DNA from: Octopus vulgaris
Taxonomy: Eukaryota
DNA: 64,000 bases
Direction of reading: 5' to 3'
Assembly: GCA_951406725.2 (NCBI GenBank)
Contig: OX597815.1
Coordinates: 26,412,001 to 26,476,000 of the forward strand
In this document: piece by piece, positions 26,651 to 41,245 of the stretch
How the letters are laid out: every line of letters starts with the position of its first letter
Position numbering within the stretch: the stretch's first letter is position 1
The notes under the pieces: generated by a model
Seen by the model: the letters and a program-made list of their open reading frames with translations, nothing else
Told to the model about the DNA's origin: nothing
Databases searched by the model: none
Program-made: the position numbers and the translations under genes

Positions 26651-27316
26651 TGGAATAATAGAAGCATCATGGTTCCGATTGCCATTTTTCTTAACAACTT
26701 TCGCTTCGGTTTCGTTTTCGCCCTAGAAAAAAAAGTGTTACCTTAATGCATGTATCCTCAACTCGCGGCAATGGGAATGGCAGAATGGGAATAGATTGTT
26801 TATTTCTTTCACAAGAAGATATAAAATATACAATGATTGTAAAATTAGAATATGTAAAATTAATGTTTTTGGAAACACATTAGTTTCATAAGTAAAATCA
26901 AACATCTTTCGCCAGAAATCCGAGAACCAGCACATGGTTCGGTAGGTGTTTACTAGCACGCCACTCTAAGTCAATATTATTTTCATTTCAATTTGACACA
27001 AAAGAAAAATGGCGAAATTTTATTGTGATCCAGGTGTAGACCTGGTTTTCCCGAATGTACAGATTCGTATCCTTACATGTTTGGTCTAGCTACAAAATTA
27101 TGCACACATGAACATTACCGACAGCTTTGGATGAGTATCAAACGATCCAGTCTCATTGTTATTTAACATTTCATTAGAAGGTAAAGGTTAATTATTATAA
27201 TACTATAATACATAGTATAAACAAATATAAACCGCAGCGTAAAATCATTTACATAATGATACAAAATTGACGATTAGACAATGATTACTTGAGTATAGAT
27301 CTTTATATTTTTATAT

Positions 27317-27415
<99 letters not shown>

Positions 27416-27584
27416 TATAAGGAAGATTTCTCTTCAGAATGAAACAGTTCTAGTCCTGTAGAAGCTCCTTCTATATAATAAATTAATTTTACTCTGCTAT
27501 GTATTGAGTACCTTATTTACTGTGGTTAACCCCGAATCAACCCGGGACCTACATATATATATATATATATACACATATATATAC

Positions 27585-27615
<31 letters not shown>

Positions 27616-28800
27616 TACATATACACACACACGCACGCATATACGTATGTATGTAATATGTGTGCATATGTATCTATATACGTATATAGTTCTATATATA
27701 GTAACTTTCGTACCTTGGTTTTACGTTAAACACCAGAAATTTGTACAATGGTACTGGTCTTGTTAAATCCAATATTTACACGCTATTATTTATTGCTTTA
27801 TCTACAACCATCCTGTTTCCTTGCTACCAATCAATATTTATGCACCGAAATGTGTTCAATATGTAAATTGGTCCACCCTGTAGGGTATCACTGCTAAACA
27901 CAGAAAGTTTTTAAGTAATGTGTTCGTGGAAAGTTAATGGGTTTTATGTGGTGCTGAAGAAGAAGTAACAACTCTTGAGATATGCATATTCACCCATTAC
28001 TCTTTTTTTTTTCAATCTTCGATCGCATGGCTTACATAGACGTATTCGTATACGAAACGTCGTAACTTTCAGTACTGGCTTTGAACTCTATTGAAAGTCT
28101 GCTGTCAATGCCATTACTAGGTAGATTAAACCTACTGGAATCGAAAATAGAAATCTAATCGTAAATACAGTTTACAATATTCATTTAACTATACTTTTCG
28201 CTATACGATTTCCTTAAAAACGACTCTTTATTGAAAAATATGTACATATAAAATGTTAATCATTCATACTCGTGAAGTTTAAAGTCAACATCTGTCGTAC
28301 AGTAGAATTATTTTGTCGCACAGTCAGTTTTAATCTATATTATATTTTTTGCCATCCATTCACAATGTTCAGGAATCTGGTTAAGGGGGCGAACTGAAAA
28401 AATCTCTAACCTGTCTCCGAATAAAGAGATTTTTGACGCTTCGGTCTCGTAATACTACGGGACCTTTATCCAGAGCAGTTTTAAGGAGAAGCAAGATTAG
28501 TTATAAGCCCGAACGAAATACCACGGAAAGAAATTATAACCGAAAAATGTTGTGGTACACAACTTCATTCTGCATGAACGGAAAGCTTAGGCGAGTAAGA
28601 TTTTCCATATTTTAGTTGATAAGCTATGAATCCGAACACAGGAACATATTTACTTAAGAGGCTCCCTTCGTTGGACACCTTTGTAATTCACTTATGTGAA
28701 ACTAGAGTAAGAAAGGAATGACTAATATATACACACACACGTGTGTGTGTATGTGTGTATGTGTGTGTGTGTTATAATTTAAAACAAACAGTAAAAGTAT

Positions 28801-28857
28801 TAGCCGACGAGATTGTACCGTAGCTCTTCGCTCTGACATTTGAAACTCTGAGTACTA
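28801..28857 (+). ncRNA. Type I hammerhead ribozyme motif (C4 variant)
   Basis: UAG-CCGACGA-(GAUUGU..ACAUUU)-GAAAC-UCUGA-GUA-CUA, enclosed by inverted arms 28771-28800 / 28865-28894. Confidence 0.6.
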
Positions 28858-28958
28858 TAATGACAACCTTTTATTGTTTGTTCTACATTATAACATATAT
28901 ATCGAGGTATCATTCTTTTGTTGTTTCTTTTTATTATATACATACATACATACATACT

Positions 28959-29007
<49 letters not shown>

Positions 29008-29078
29008 GACCTCGCCTGTATCACAAGCGATTTTTTTTTTCCTCTGTCTTCCCTTCTCGGGATCTTTCCTTCTCCTAT

Positions 29079-29113
29079 GTTTCCGACGAAGAGCTCCGCT
29101 CGAAACGTCAAAC
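29079..29113 (+). ncRNA. Minimal type I hammerhead ribozyme motif in a (TA)n-flanked element (29002-29210)
   Basis: GUUU-CCGACGA-A-GAGC(UCC)GCUC-GAAAC-GUC-AAAC. Loopless palindromic stem III (ACGU). Confidence 0.75.
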
Positions 29114-29205
29114 CCTCCTTCTTCCCTTCTTTCCTGAGCGTCCAATAATACTTTATTTGTTCCACATCCTTGCGTTGTTGTCTTTTTGTTTTCTTGTTTG
29201 GATTA

Positions 29206-29256
<51 letters not shown>

Positions 29257-29915
29257 GTATACACACACACAAACTCTATTTTTTGCACTGAGTGCTCTTG
29301 CCTTTCGTGTGTATATGTCTGTATGTGCATATATACATATGTGCGTGTATATATGTATATATGTGTGTGTTATGTGGGTATGTGTATTATATCGTATGTG
29401 TATGTATATATACACACACATGCACACACATAACTATGTGTATGCGTACGTACATTCTATGTTATTAAAAAAAGTAACAACTGATAATCATGGCAATAAC
29501 AAACCGCAATATTTAAATAAAACCTTAATTACTGCGATTCCAATTTAAGGAGATAGCTTACCTCGGGGCGCCTACGTCACTTACTTTACGGTATTATCTT
29601 CAACACTGTCCTCAGTTCAGAAAAACAAAAAAAAAACAAAAAGACAAAAAGCAAACATCCCTTTTACAGCAGGTTCGCGTGTTGATGCTATGAAGTAAAA
29701 AAAAAAACAAGAAAATAAATAAGAAGGGAATTGAAAGTAGAATGGTCTAGAAGAAAAGTAAACAACCTAGAAAGAACAATAAGTGGAGCAAACGGATATG
29801 GTTTGAAATCAGTGAGAAGAATTTCAAGTAGTAAAATGAGAGAATTAAGTAGAAATAAGAAAGGAACAGAAACAGCTACTATCTTAAAAATCGATCTTTA
29901 AAAATTTTCCATGAC

Positions 29916-29935
29916 ACTACTACTACTACTACTAG

Positions 29936-29990
<55 letters not shown>

Positions 29991-30022
29991 GCTACTACTA
30001 CTTCTTCTTCTACTACTACTAC
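29916..30022. repeat. (CTA)n trinucleotide repeat
   Basis: Read directly. Confidence 0.97.
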
Positions 30023-30207
30023 TGGAATATGGTATGCCATATATAATTCTAGTGGATGGTTAATTGCAATCTCTGTCCGACCATATATGTGGAGTTTATG
30101 CGTATGTGTATATTTGTGCGTATTTGTTTATGATGCATGTTGATACCAAGATACCAAGTCGTACAGTTTGCGGAAAAGATGTATTATATATATATATATA
30201 TATATAT

Positions 30208-30277
<70 letters not shown>

Positions 30278-30425
30278 GTGTGTATGTATATATATATATA
30301 TATATATATGCATATACATATATATATGCATATATATATATATATGCATATATATACGTATATATATATATGTATGTATGTATATATATATGTACAGATA
30401 TATATGTATGTATATTATATATATG

Positions 30426-30457
<32 letters not shown>

Positions 30458-31024
30458 AGATCTCGTTTTTGTGATATATTTGATTTAAGGTAATTACTTG
30501 TTTAGAATGCAAGCAGATCGGAATATTACCTGTATATATTTCGTCTAGCCTGGAAGATGAGCGCTTAGTAGAACCAAGTGCATAGTTAATGTAAAATAAT
30601 GGATCTAAATACTGTCAAGTGGTTCTATTTATGTTGGTATGTAAATATCATTGTTTGGATTTCATATTAAGTTTTCACATTAGTAGGAATTCAAAATTCG
30701 AATTTACACTTTATGACTATTTGGCTGTTACTTGTCTTACCGGTAGGAAACGCAAAATCTGTCTCAGTAGCACTTGCAAAAAGTAAACAGATGTAAAGCA
30801 TTTTGCCCGAAACTTCACCGTATCTACGGTTTACCTACTTGGCTAGCTTTTACACTAAATTGCTAGCCAGGTATTGTAATCATCTGCAATAGCAACAGAA
30901 ATAATGATACCAGCCTAACTACGAACACTTACTAAAAAGACAAGAAAGTTTGGATCTTTTTTTTTTTCTGCAGTTTATAAAGACGTCATATTTTGTGGTG
31001 GGTAAATGAGAAACTGGTGAAACG

Positions 31025-31228
31025 GGTTTCAAATTTTAGTACAAGGTCAGCAATTTTGGAGGGGGATTTACATCGACCTCAGTGTTCCATTAGAACTTAT
31101 TTTCCGACCCGAAAGAATGAAAGGCAAAGTCAACTCCGGCTTAATTTGAACTCAGAACGTAAAGATGGACAAAATGCCGCTAAGCATTTTGTCCGGCGTG
31201 CTAACGATCCGGCCAGCAAACCGCCTTA
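31025..31228 (-). mobile_element. SINE family A, diverged
   Basis: gaatgaaaggcaaagtcaac..atttgaactcagaacgtaaag..ccgcctt. Confidence 0.8.
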
Positions 31229-31281
31229 AAATGGAGCAATATTGACGTAATATTGGTACCTTTTTCCAGTATAAGGAATCT

Positions 31282-31665
31282 GGAGGCGCAATGGCCCAGT
31301 GGTTAGGGCAGCGGACTCGCGGTCGTAGGATCGCGGTTTCGATTCCCAGACCGGGCGTTGTGAGTGTTTATTGAGCGAAAACACATAAAGCTCCACGACG
31401 CTCCGGCAGGGGATGGTGGTGATCCCTGCTGTACTCTTTCACCACAACTTTCTCTCACTCTTACTTCCTGTTTCTGTTGTACCTGTATTTCAAGGGGCCG
31501 GCCTTGTCACTCTCTGTGTCACGCTGAATATACCCGAGAACTACGTTAGGGGTACACGTGTCTGTGGAGTGCTCAGCCACTTACACGTTAATTTCACGAG
31601 CAGGCTGTTCCGTTGATCGGATCAACCGGAACCCTCGTCGTCGTAACCAACGGAGTGCTTTAAGA
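31282..31665 (+). mobile_element. tRNA-head SINE family C1 with TSD
   Basis: Head ggaggcgcaatggcccagtggttagggcagcggac..ggtttcgattccc. TSD ataaggaatct at 31271-31281 and 31666-31676. Confidence 0.92.
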
Positions 31666-32399
31666 ATAAGGAATCTATTTAGTTCCAGTGCAAAAAGAGC
31701 ATCGATACTAAGAAGAACAATGAACCTGTATGTAAATTCATAGGTATGCAGTATATATCAAATTATTGTTTGGTCTTAAGACTTAAATGTGGATTTTTAG
31801 AAACTTCATCAACAAACAGTTTCAAATTTGAGGGTTTCTCAGGTTATAGCAATGAGTGTAAGGAAACTTGACATCTATCGCATAAACTCTATTGATATAT
31901 ATTTGATCACCCCAAATGGAAAGAAATCGCGAGAAATCGAAGGGCAAGCAAATCAGGGGTTCTGCGATTTCTTCTCCTTCATCACTCATAATTTTTGTGC
32001 ATTATTTATTCATGACACAGTAATAGGTAACAAAATGGTGACGGAATGAGAGAAGGTAACTTTCATCACATTTTCAATCGTATTAGCATATACGAGAATT
32101 TCATTAGCTTCGGCCATGAATTATGGATTCATTTAATTTGGATCTTGCACATAACTCTATCATGTTCAACACAAGCTAACTGAAATTCTGTATTCTGTTG
32201 ACTAATAGCAAGTCAAACTTGATAATATAGTTGATGGAATTAAGCCCGATATCCTACTTAGATATTAAGATCGCATTTAAATCGACCCCCACATGGATAC
32301 AAAGGTAAAGCTGCCTCAAGAAGTTTTCAAACTCAGAAGATACTAAATACTGTATAACTGTTACTTCAGCGTTCTCTCGTTACTATTAGCGCCAAACTA

Positions 32400-32535
32400 T
32401 TGGTTTCAAATTTTGGCACAAGGCCAGTAGCTTTGGAAGAGGCTTGGTTGATAAAATCGACACCAGTGTTCAACTGGTACTTATTTTATCAACACCGAAA
32501 AGATGAAAGGCAAAGTCGACACCTGCGGAATTTTA
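32400..32535 (-). mobile_element. SINE family A, 3' fragment
   Basis: ttttggcacaaggcc..caactggtacttattttatc..gatgaaaggcaaagtcgac. Confidence 0.75.
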
Positions 32536-34000
32536 CCGCCAAATTATTAAAAGTCAGTTATGGTGAGACAGTGTCACATGACAACTTGCTGGGGTTGCCC
32601 GCTGGAGCCTTGCGGCAGGTATTTAAAGAGAAAAATTTGACAAGACAGTCAGTCACCCACTGACACTCGTTGACGCTACATCGAAGAGGCCAGGGAACAG
32701 AAGAAGAAAGAAGACATGCACCCAACACCAGAGCTGAAGACACCTCCGAAAGGGGGGGGGGGGGGTGCCACGTCAAAACGGTAGAGGAGTAGGGGCCAAA
32801 ACCGGATGTGGTTCCTCCTGATGATGTCTTGAGCTAACTGGATCCTATAAAAGAGCTGTTGTGGTAGCAGACCACGAAACACGGTTGTAATTCCTCATTG
32901 AGCTAAAGCAAATTAGTGCTGGTTCAATTCCTAATTAGATTTCATATTACTTGCTTCCTAATAGCTTACTCTACATTCCCCATCCCCGTTTGAAATAAAA
33001 GTTCGTTTTTATCGGTCAGATGGAGGATGGGTAAAAATCTAAAGAAGGAAATATAATTCTTCAAGTAATAACCCCACCCAAATAAATTTAATACCATTTG
33101 GAGTGACCTTACATAAATTAAGTAGATTAACATTGACCTCTTTGATAAATTACATCTTAATCGCATAAACATAAATAAAACACATTAACATCTTTCTTTT
33201 TATGCCACAAATACTATTGAAATGATGTTGTTTTGCCTAACTTCCAATAAGATATTTACTTAACATTGAAGTTAAAATGTCTATATTTATATTGCCTCTA
33301 TAATATGAACGTTGATTATAGCGGGGCAAAGTACCATTTAGATGTTTTTAAACACACCAACCGTGCACCATTTACACTACTCGTACGTCTGATGTGTATT
33401 TAGAATTAGGTAAACATTCCGATATGAATAACAGAAAAAGATAATTTCATCTTTATCACTCAAAAAATATTTAGTTTCCTTTCTGTTTTTTCAATACATT
33501 AATCGTGTTTCTTGCCAATTGAAATTAACTTCTATTTAATATAAATGAATACACACACAAACGCATGTATGCGTGTATGTGAATGTATGTATTTAAGTAT
33601 GTATATATGTATGTGTGTGTGTGCGTGCGTGTTTTGTATGTGTTTATGTGAGTGTGTTCGTATTTATAAATCTATTTTACCACCATTATATCGTAATGGA
33701 AGTAAACAAAAAAGAACGATTTAGATAATTTAATTTCAAAAACGTAGACGTTCTGTTCTATAGACATTTTGTGAACCCTGCAGTAAAGAGAGAGAGCGAC
33801 GTCAATCCGACTTCTGCTTGTAAACCATTTTACCTCCGTACGACATAAACGTACGTTTGACATAGATGTCAAAATCCCGTTTTGTATCCTCAAAAATACA
33901 GGGCATTAATTCGAATCAGCAAAGGACATAGCTGTTTATAATTTATAAATCCGACTCTTGCAGGTTTTTCTCAAGTGATATTATTACTGCAGGATATTAT

Positions 34001-34227
34001 GATGGCGAGCTGGCAGAAACGTTAGCACGCCGGGCGAAATGCGTAGCCGTATTTCGTCTGCCGTTACGTCCTGAGTTCAAATTCTGCCGAGGTCGACTTT
34101 GCCTTTCATCCTTTCGGGGTCGATTAAATAAGTACCAGTTACCCACTGGGGTCGATGTAATCGACTTAATCCGTTTGCCTGTCCTTGTTTGTCCCCCCTG
34201 TGTTTAGCCCCTTGTGGGTAGTAAAGA

Positions 34228-34230
<3 letters not shown>
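34001..34230 (+). mobile_element. SINE family A
   Basis: Near-consensus full copy. Confidence 0.92.
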
Positions 34231-34274
<44 letters not shown>

Positions 34275-34276
<2 letters not shown>

Positions 34277-34640
34277 CGTAGGAGTGGCTGTGTGGTAAGT
34301 AGCTTGCTAACCAACCACATAGTTCCGGGTTCAGTCCCACTGCGTGGCATCTTGGGCAAGTGTCTTCTGCTATATCCCCGGGCCGACCAATGCCTTGTGA
34401 GTGGATTTGGTAGACAGAAACTGAAAGAATCCTGTCGTATATATTGTATATATATATATGTATGTGTGTGTGTTTGCGTGTTTGTGTGTCTGTCACTTAG
34501 CGGTTCGGCAAAAGAGACCGATAGAATAAGTACTGAGCTTACAAAGAATAAGTCCCGGGGTCGAGTTGCTCGACTAAAGGCGGTGCTCCAGCATGGCCGC
34601 AGTCAAATGAGTGAAACAAGTAAAAGAGAGTAAAAGAGAG
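34275..34640 (+). mobile_element. SINE family B
   Basis: Near-consensus copy between (TA)n tracts. Confidence 0.92.
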
Positions 34641-34767
34641 TATATATATATATATATATATGCTATTAGGAATGGAAAACGATGTCAATATTGACATGAC
34701 ATTCCGAAATTTAAAGTAACCAAATGCACCAAGGAGGTCTGTGCTGAAATTTATCGCACCTACAATA

Positions 34768-34823
<56 letters not shown>

Positions 34824-35165
34824 TGTGAAGGCACATGGCTCAGTGTTTAGAGAGTAGGGCTTACGATCGTGAGGTTATGAGTTCGATTCCCGGACCGTGC
34901 TCTGTGTTGTGTTCTTGAGCAAGACACTTTATTTCACGTTGCTCCAGTTCACTCAGCTGTAGAAATCTATTGCGACATCACTGGTGCCAAGCTGTATCGG
35001 CTTTTGCCTTCCTCTTGGATAACTTCACTGGTGTGGAGAGGGGAGGCTGGTATGCATGGGCGACCGCTGGTCTTCCACAAACAATCTTGACCTGACTTGT
35101 GCTTCGGAGGGTAACTTTCTAGGTGCAGTCCCATAGTCATTCATGACCAAAGGGGGTCTCCTCTT
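34824..35165 (+). mobile_element. tRNA-head SINE family D
   Basis: A box tggctcagtg, B box gagttcgattccc, then ttgtgttcttgagcaagacacttt..ccagttcactcagctg. Confidence 0.8.
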
Positions 35166-35394
35166 CTTCATATATATACACTCATGGTCACATACATACA
35201 TGCATGTATGCATACATACATACATACATGCATGCATGCATGCATACATACATACATACATGCATACATACATACATACATACATACATACATACATGCA
35301 TACATACATACATACATACATACATACATACATACATAAGTCTATATTTGTGTATGTGCATTATAAACATATATGGCTATATATATATATATCT

Positions 35395-35580
35395 TTTTTA
35401 CTCTAGGCACAAGGCCCGAAATTTTGGGGGAGGGGGCCAGTCGATTAGATCGACTCCAGTACGCAACTGGTACTTAATTTACCGACCACGAAAGGATGAA
35501 AGGTGGAATTTGAACTCAAATCGTAAAGACAGACAAAATACTGCTAAGCATTTTGCCCGGCTTGCTAGCGTTTTGCCTTT
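35395..35580 (-). mobile_element. SINE family A, second tail type
   Basis: ctctaggcacaaggcccgaaattttgggg..gaaaggatgaaagg..gaatttgaactc. Confidence 0.85.
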
Positions 35581-35634
35581 TATATATATACATACACACA
35601 TACACACACACATACACACACACACACACACACA

Positions 35635-35675
<41 letters not shown>

Positions 35676-35801
35676 CAGGCGTAAATCCCGAAGTAACGGT
35701 TAGTGGACTTTGAATAAGTATTATAAAACACTAACTACTATATTGGATACTCTGTACGCACCATTTCGTTCGAACAGTTTTAGTAACATAGCATACGCAC
35801 G

Positions 35802-35869
<68 letters not shown>

Positions 35870-36804
35870 TGTGTGTACCAGTAAACCATAGCGAATGTGT
35901 GATAACTTGAGGTCCTGTTTGTCTGGATGCACTTAGAACTAATGAGTATAATCTACATTGTCCGTGTTATTCCGTACGATATCATCTAAATTAGAAACAA
36001 AAAGAAACGCATACATTTTCCAATCAAACACGCTGTAAGAACAGCTCTAATATTGGCCAGTTCTCTAAGGTTATCCAGTTCAATATTATATTATCATACT
36101 TCACACAGTTTCGCTATTGTTCGCACCGTTGGTGTTTTAGGAACTATAACGTTAATTATGACGCTCATTATAGCGTGTTTGTTTGATTTACGGAAAAAAA
36201 AAATGGAACTAGAAAAATGAAGGTAGGTTTTGTGTATTAATTTGATTACAAAGATAAATGGCACTATATCTAATTCACCGTCGTGTGCAACGGAAACACT
36301 GATTTCCGCTCTCATGTCGCAGAATGTTAATAAAAGTATACAGTTATATGAAACGGTTGTTGTTTGTTCACCGCAAGGTATTCTGGGATTGATATACCAC
36401 CTCATCGTAAACATTGTCCTACACGTGTCAAAATCATAACATTTTCTTTTTAATTCGGCCGTCGACATAAATTGACTTATTTTTGTCTCAGCATAAGATC
36501 ACAGATTTTTTATAAGAGAACGAGATGTAGTGGCATCTATGCCTTTCCCCATGGATATTAATTGTATAAAGTTAAATTTTTACAATTATGCGTCGACTCA
36601 CTTGGAGCTTATGCAGCCCTACATCGTACGACAAAACTGTATATTAATCATTAGAAATTCTTACAAGAAATAATGGTGAGTACGTTGTATCGGTGATAAG
36701 AGTTTGAGGCTTAGTGTTCATCTATCCCCTTTAGATTGCTAGATGCAGTCATATCATTTAGGGAATAATAAACAATTCGTTCATGAATGCTATTGATAAT
36801 ATGC

Positions 36805-37310
36805 AGTTCGGTCCATCCTGTTGCATCGTCGGATTAGTGATGACTAAACCGTCTTCTCCACCAGGTTTGTTTCATAAGGAGGGTCACCAGAAACCCAGCT
36901 GGACAAAAGTATTAAAGCATTATCTGTCAAAAGAATTGATGAACTCAGTGTAGGGTCAACGACTATCTAGCAACAGCGCAGAGACCTAGTACTTTCTAGT
37001 TAGTTTTCGATGTGCTACAAAAAAACTGGAAGTAAGGCATTCCTTGGCTTTTTCGATGCTACACCAGTAGGATAACCGGGAAGGCAGAGTGAGCTCAGTA
37101 GCATTGGAAAGTAACTAGATTGAACACAAACCTGCACTGCCGTTGAGTACCTGCGAAGAGGCATAGGTCAAGGGAGTAAATCCAGATAATAGGTAGGAAC
37201 GAGAGAGAACACAGAGACCACCGATCCTATTCATCCTAACGAGAGCATTAAAACACAGCACAACAAATAGAGTGTGTCGAAGGCCACTGAACATCATGAT
37301 TGAGCTTCGG
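36805..37310 (+). mobile_element. Dispersed repeat, probably a LINE 5' region (homolog of 5742-6200)
   Basis: Shares colinear blocks with the reverse complement of ~5900-6150. Confidence 0.55.
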
Positions 37311-39689
37311 AGACCTTGACATCAATCATTCAAGCAATTGTAAAATCTAGAAATTTTCATATGCTCAAAACTTGCGTTTCAATTTACTGATATTTGGATT
37401 AACATCCAATACTCTGTATTCGAATACCAACTAGATTTCTTTAGGCGTAATTTGTGAGTGTCTATGAAAAAGCCCTCCTATCTAAAACCTGCTTTCGAAA
37501 TAGTTTCCAGTCTTTTTATTCTTGCTTATCACTTGATATTCGTAGTGTGGTGTGACCTCCTTGTCATTAAGTTTATGTCATTATACTCTAATGATATACA
37601 AATGTTTCAGTTGAGACGGTTAATATTGAAAAGATGAAACAATTATCACGTAACATGTGCGCGAGTGAGTTTCCGTTTTGTTGCTATTGTTGTTAAGTGC
37701 CAGACAGCCCTGATTGAGAGAACTGCGATGAAAGACTTTAACCAGTTCGTCTCTTATATCTTTAAATTGACCCTTTCTTGAAAGTTTTCAGATTGCTTTT
37801 AGTTGGGTTTTTAAAATCGCTATTTGATGTAATTCGAAAGAGATTTGACTGCCATTTCTAGAGGATGGAACTCACGTATTGATTTTGTTTTGTTTTTATT
37901 TTTGTATTTTTGCTAGTTCGTTGTGCTTGCCGGGTTTTTTCTCTTGTAAGCACTTGCTCATGTGGCTGCATGTGCTTATTTACGTATGTGTGTACTTATC
38001 AGAAGACCAATTTTATAAATTACCTACTTAATTTGTGAGAGTACATGAAATATACAAGAGTGGTATCTATTATATTTAAGAAATAGTCATCAATGAAAAT
38101 CTTTTGACCATCGAGTGCAATGTGCATATGGTTGTTTATCAGAAATATGAAAGGATATACGTACAGAGTAACGGAAACAATTTTTTAATGATAAAGAAGT
38201 GAATATTTGCGTGCAAATCTGGTCATGTGTTACTTTATATAATTATATGCTATATATTACATATTAGGCATTAATCAAGATTCGACATACTGTGAAAAAT
38301 TATATTCGTTAATATATTGTATTTTTTTAGAACAGCTTCCGTAATGCAAGTGGGAGATCTGTATAATGAAATCTGATGCAGCTTCCTCTTACAGTATGAC
38401 AGAGTGAAGCGGTTGACTGTACGCTTATGCTAACTAATACCTTAGAGGGCTAAATGTAAATACAGTACGGCCTCATATTCGTAATACTGTGAGTTGTAGA
38501 CAAAAACTGCGTTTAGATTTGTTTCAAAATCTAAAAATCTCAATCGCGGAAGATAAATTCATAAAAACCATTAAACCAATATATATTTATGATATAAATA
38601 ATGCAGACTGGCGTGGATCTGGTGAAAATAACGGACATGTTTCGGTTTTTATTAACTTTCTTAGCGAAAAATATTCTCTATTTTACTGTCCTTCATAAAC
38701 TGGAAAGCTAAATCAGTAGAAGACTGCATATAGTGTGCATGTTGCTTCAGTTGGATTGCTGCAACTTAGTGAGAGATGAGAAAACGCCAACGGGAAGGAA
38801 TTTGTTTGTAGGAGAACAAGCATTTGGGAGAGAACAGTCTAAAAGGTGGCAAATATGGTAGACAAATAACGTCTTTTTTTTTTTTCGTTTTATCATATCT
38901 GGAAGCAGAGTGAATTTGTTAGTTATCATTAATGATCTGTTTTTGATCGCCATATTGACCAATATTCGGTGTGAGGAATATATCGCCCTTATCGACACTA
39001 ATGTATTATTGGCATTTACAGTATTATCTCTAACAGAATTTTAAAAAGTAATTTCTTTTGGAGTTGACCATATACTTTGCATATAATTTGCATAAGACGT
39101 GACTTTTATGGCATAAATTTTTCTCTATGTGTGTGTTATAAATAACAAAACAAGGCTGATGTTCCGTTTCTACCAGCTCGACTCTGGTATTATAACTGAC
39201 ATAGTTTACGAAGACTTTATTCCAGTGTGAGAGATTCTAATATCATTTTTGTGTAAACTGTTTGCCCGCAGAAATCCCGACGTATGAAATCATTCCGTCT
39301 CATGCTGTATAGAACAAGTTCACATTTATCAAAACTAAAGTCCGCAAAATTTTTTTCCGAAGAGCAGAACCTCCATTTTGTTTAATAATAGCAAAAACAG
39401 CAATGATAACACGTCAATGGTTCTATAACTACAGACCAAGCATCTATAGAGCATTTTACTGTGAAGTCTTATATCCAAAGAGATTTAGCACGATTCATGT
39501 TATGTTTCGGTTACCGTTTACAACTACTCAATGCGTGTATTGTCTACAACTATTGCAGTTGAATCGCAATACGCATCTGATATACGGGAAATATAATTAT
39601 GTTTACTTTGACTTATGTTGACGTATCATTTCGTTTACATTATGTGCGCGTTTGCAAACGTTCGTAGATGTTTATATGTATACATATGG

Positions 39690-40092
39690 ATAACTTAGAT
39701 AACTTAGATATGTTTCGACCGAGATTGGTCCAGGCCATGTCTAACTTAATAGCACCACCTGATAGGATTATCTAAATCCTGTTTAAGTCAAATTTTGTTT
39801 AGGGTCCATTCAGGTAGTGAGTTCTTGTTAATTCAGTTGTATCCAGGTATGGGTGGCTTATCCGGTATTCCTTGAAGAAATCTATCCAGACTCTGTTTAA
39901 AGGTGATGGGATCCGTTTCCTCTTTGATCTCTCTCGGGACAATGTTAAACAGGGCAGGGCCTGTTGAGGAAAAGAAATTATGCTGCAGTGTACCTATATG
40001 TTGTGATCCTGAAATGGATGGGTAGGGGACGTATGGCCTGTGGTCCCAGCATTGGATGAACCTTGAAACTAATGTTCAGGTCGTTTGGGCAG
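39690..40092 (-). mobile_element. LINE 3' end (CR1/L2-like ORF2 C-terminus and 3' UTR)
   Basis: Minus strand translates PNDLNISFKVHPMLGP..LQHNFFSSTGPALFNIVPREIKEETDPITFKQSLDRFLQGIPDKPPIPGY..NSLPEW. Short tandem tail (atctaagtt). Confidence 0.8.
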
Positions 40093-40097
40093 ACAAA

Positions 40098-40131
<34 letters not shown>

Positions 40132-40251
40132 AATATATGCAAATAAACATACGTATATACGCATATAATACATATTTATATGTTTATGTATGTATGCATC
40201 TACGTGCGTATGTGTGTGTGAGTGTATGTGTGTGTGTGTATGTGTGCGTGC

Positions 40252-40297
<46 letters not shown>

Positions 40298-41057
40298 AAT
40301 ACTGTTTTTCTTAGCCAATACAATGAAAATCGTAAAAATTAATAATACAGAGCGATGGTTAGTAAGGTTACCTGCTTCATTTTCAAGTAATTTATGGAGA
40401 AAAGGTGTCGATAGCTTTTCTCTGAAAATTTCCTGAAGAAGAAGACCTGACTCTATAATATCCAAATATCAGGTAGCAGTACTAACGGCCTGTTTTATTA
40501 ATTTTTATAACTTGCATTATTTTGGTATTAAAAAAATATATTTCAAACATATATGTATATATATGACAATGGTTCCTGAAAACTATAATAGTATATATAT
40601 ATATATGTGTGTGTATACGTACGCACACGCGCGTGTACATACATACATGCATACATACATACATACATACACACATTTATACATACATACACACACGCAT
40701 AAACACACATATATATACACACATACATACGTACATGCATCCATCCATCCATACATACATACATAAATACATACATACATACATACATACATACACACAT
40801 ACACACATCCATACATACACACACATACACACATATGTACACACATACATACGTACATACATATATACATACATACACACATACAGACATTCATACATAC
40901 ACACACATACACACATATATCCACACATACATACGTACATACATACATACGTACATATATACATACATACATATATACATACATACATACATACATACAT
41001 ACATGCATACATGCATGCATAGAGAAACATAGACAATGGGAGTGAGAGACAATGAGA

Positions 41058-41245
<188 letters not shown>

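Noticed and set aside
31282-31355. tRNA gene
   Set aside because: It is the tRNA-derived head of a TSD-bounded SINE. The same applies to the other SINE heads.
32570-32900. GC-richer block with a poly-G run, possibly a LINE remnant or G-quadruplex
   Set aside because: I could not recover a convincing RT motif. The same applies to 8630-8830.
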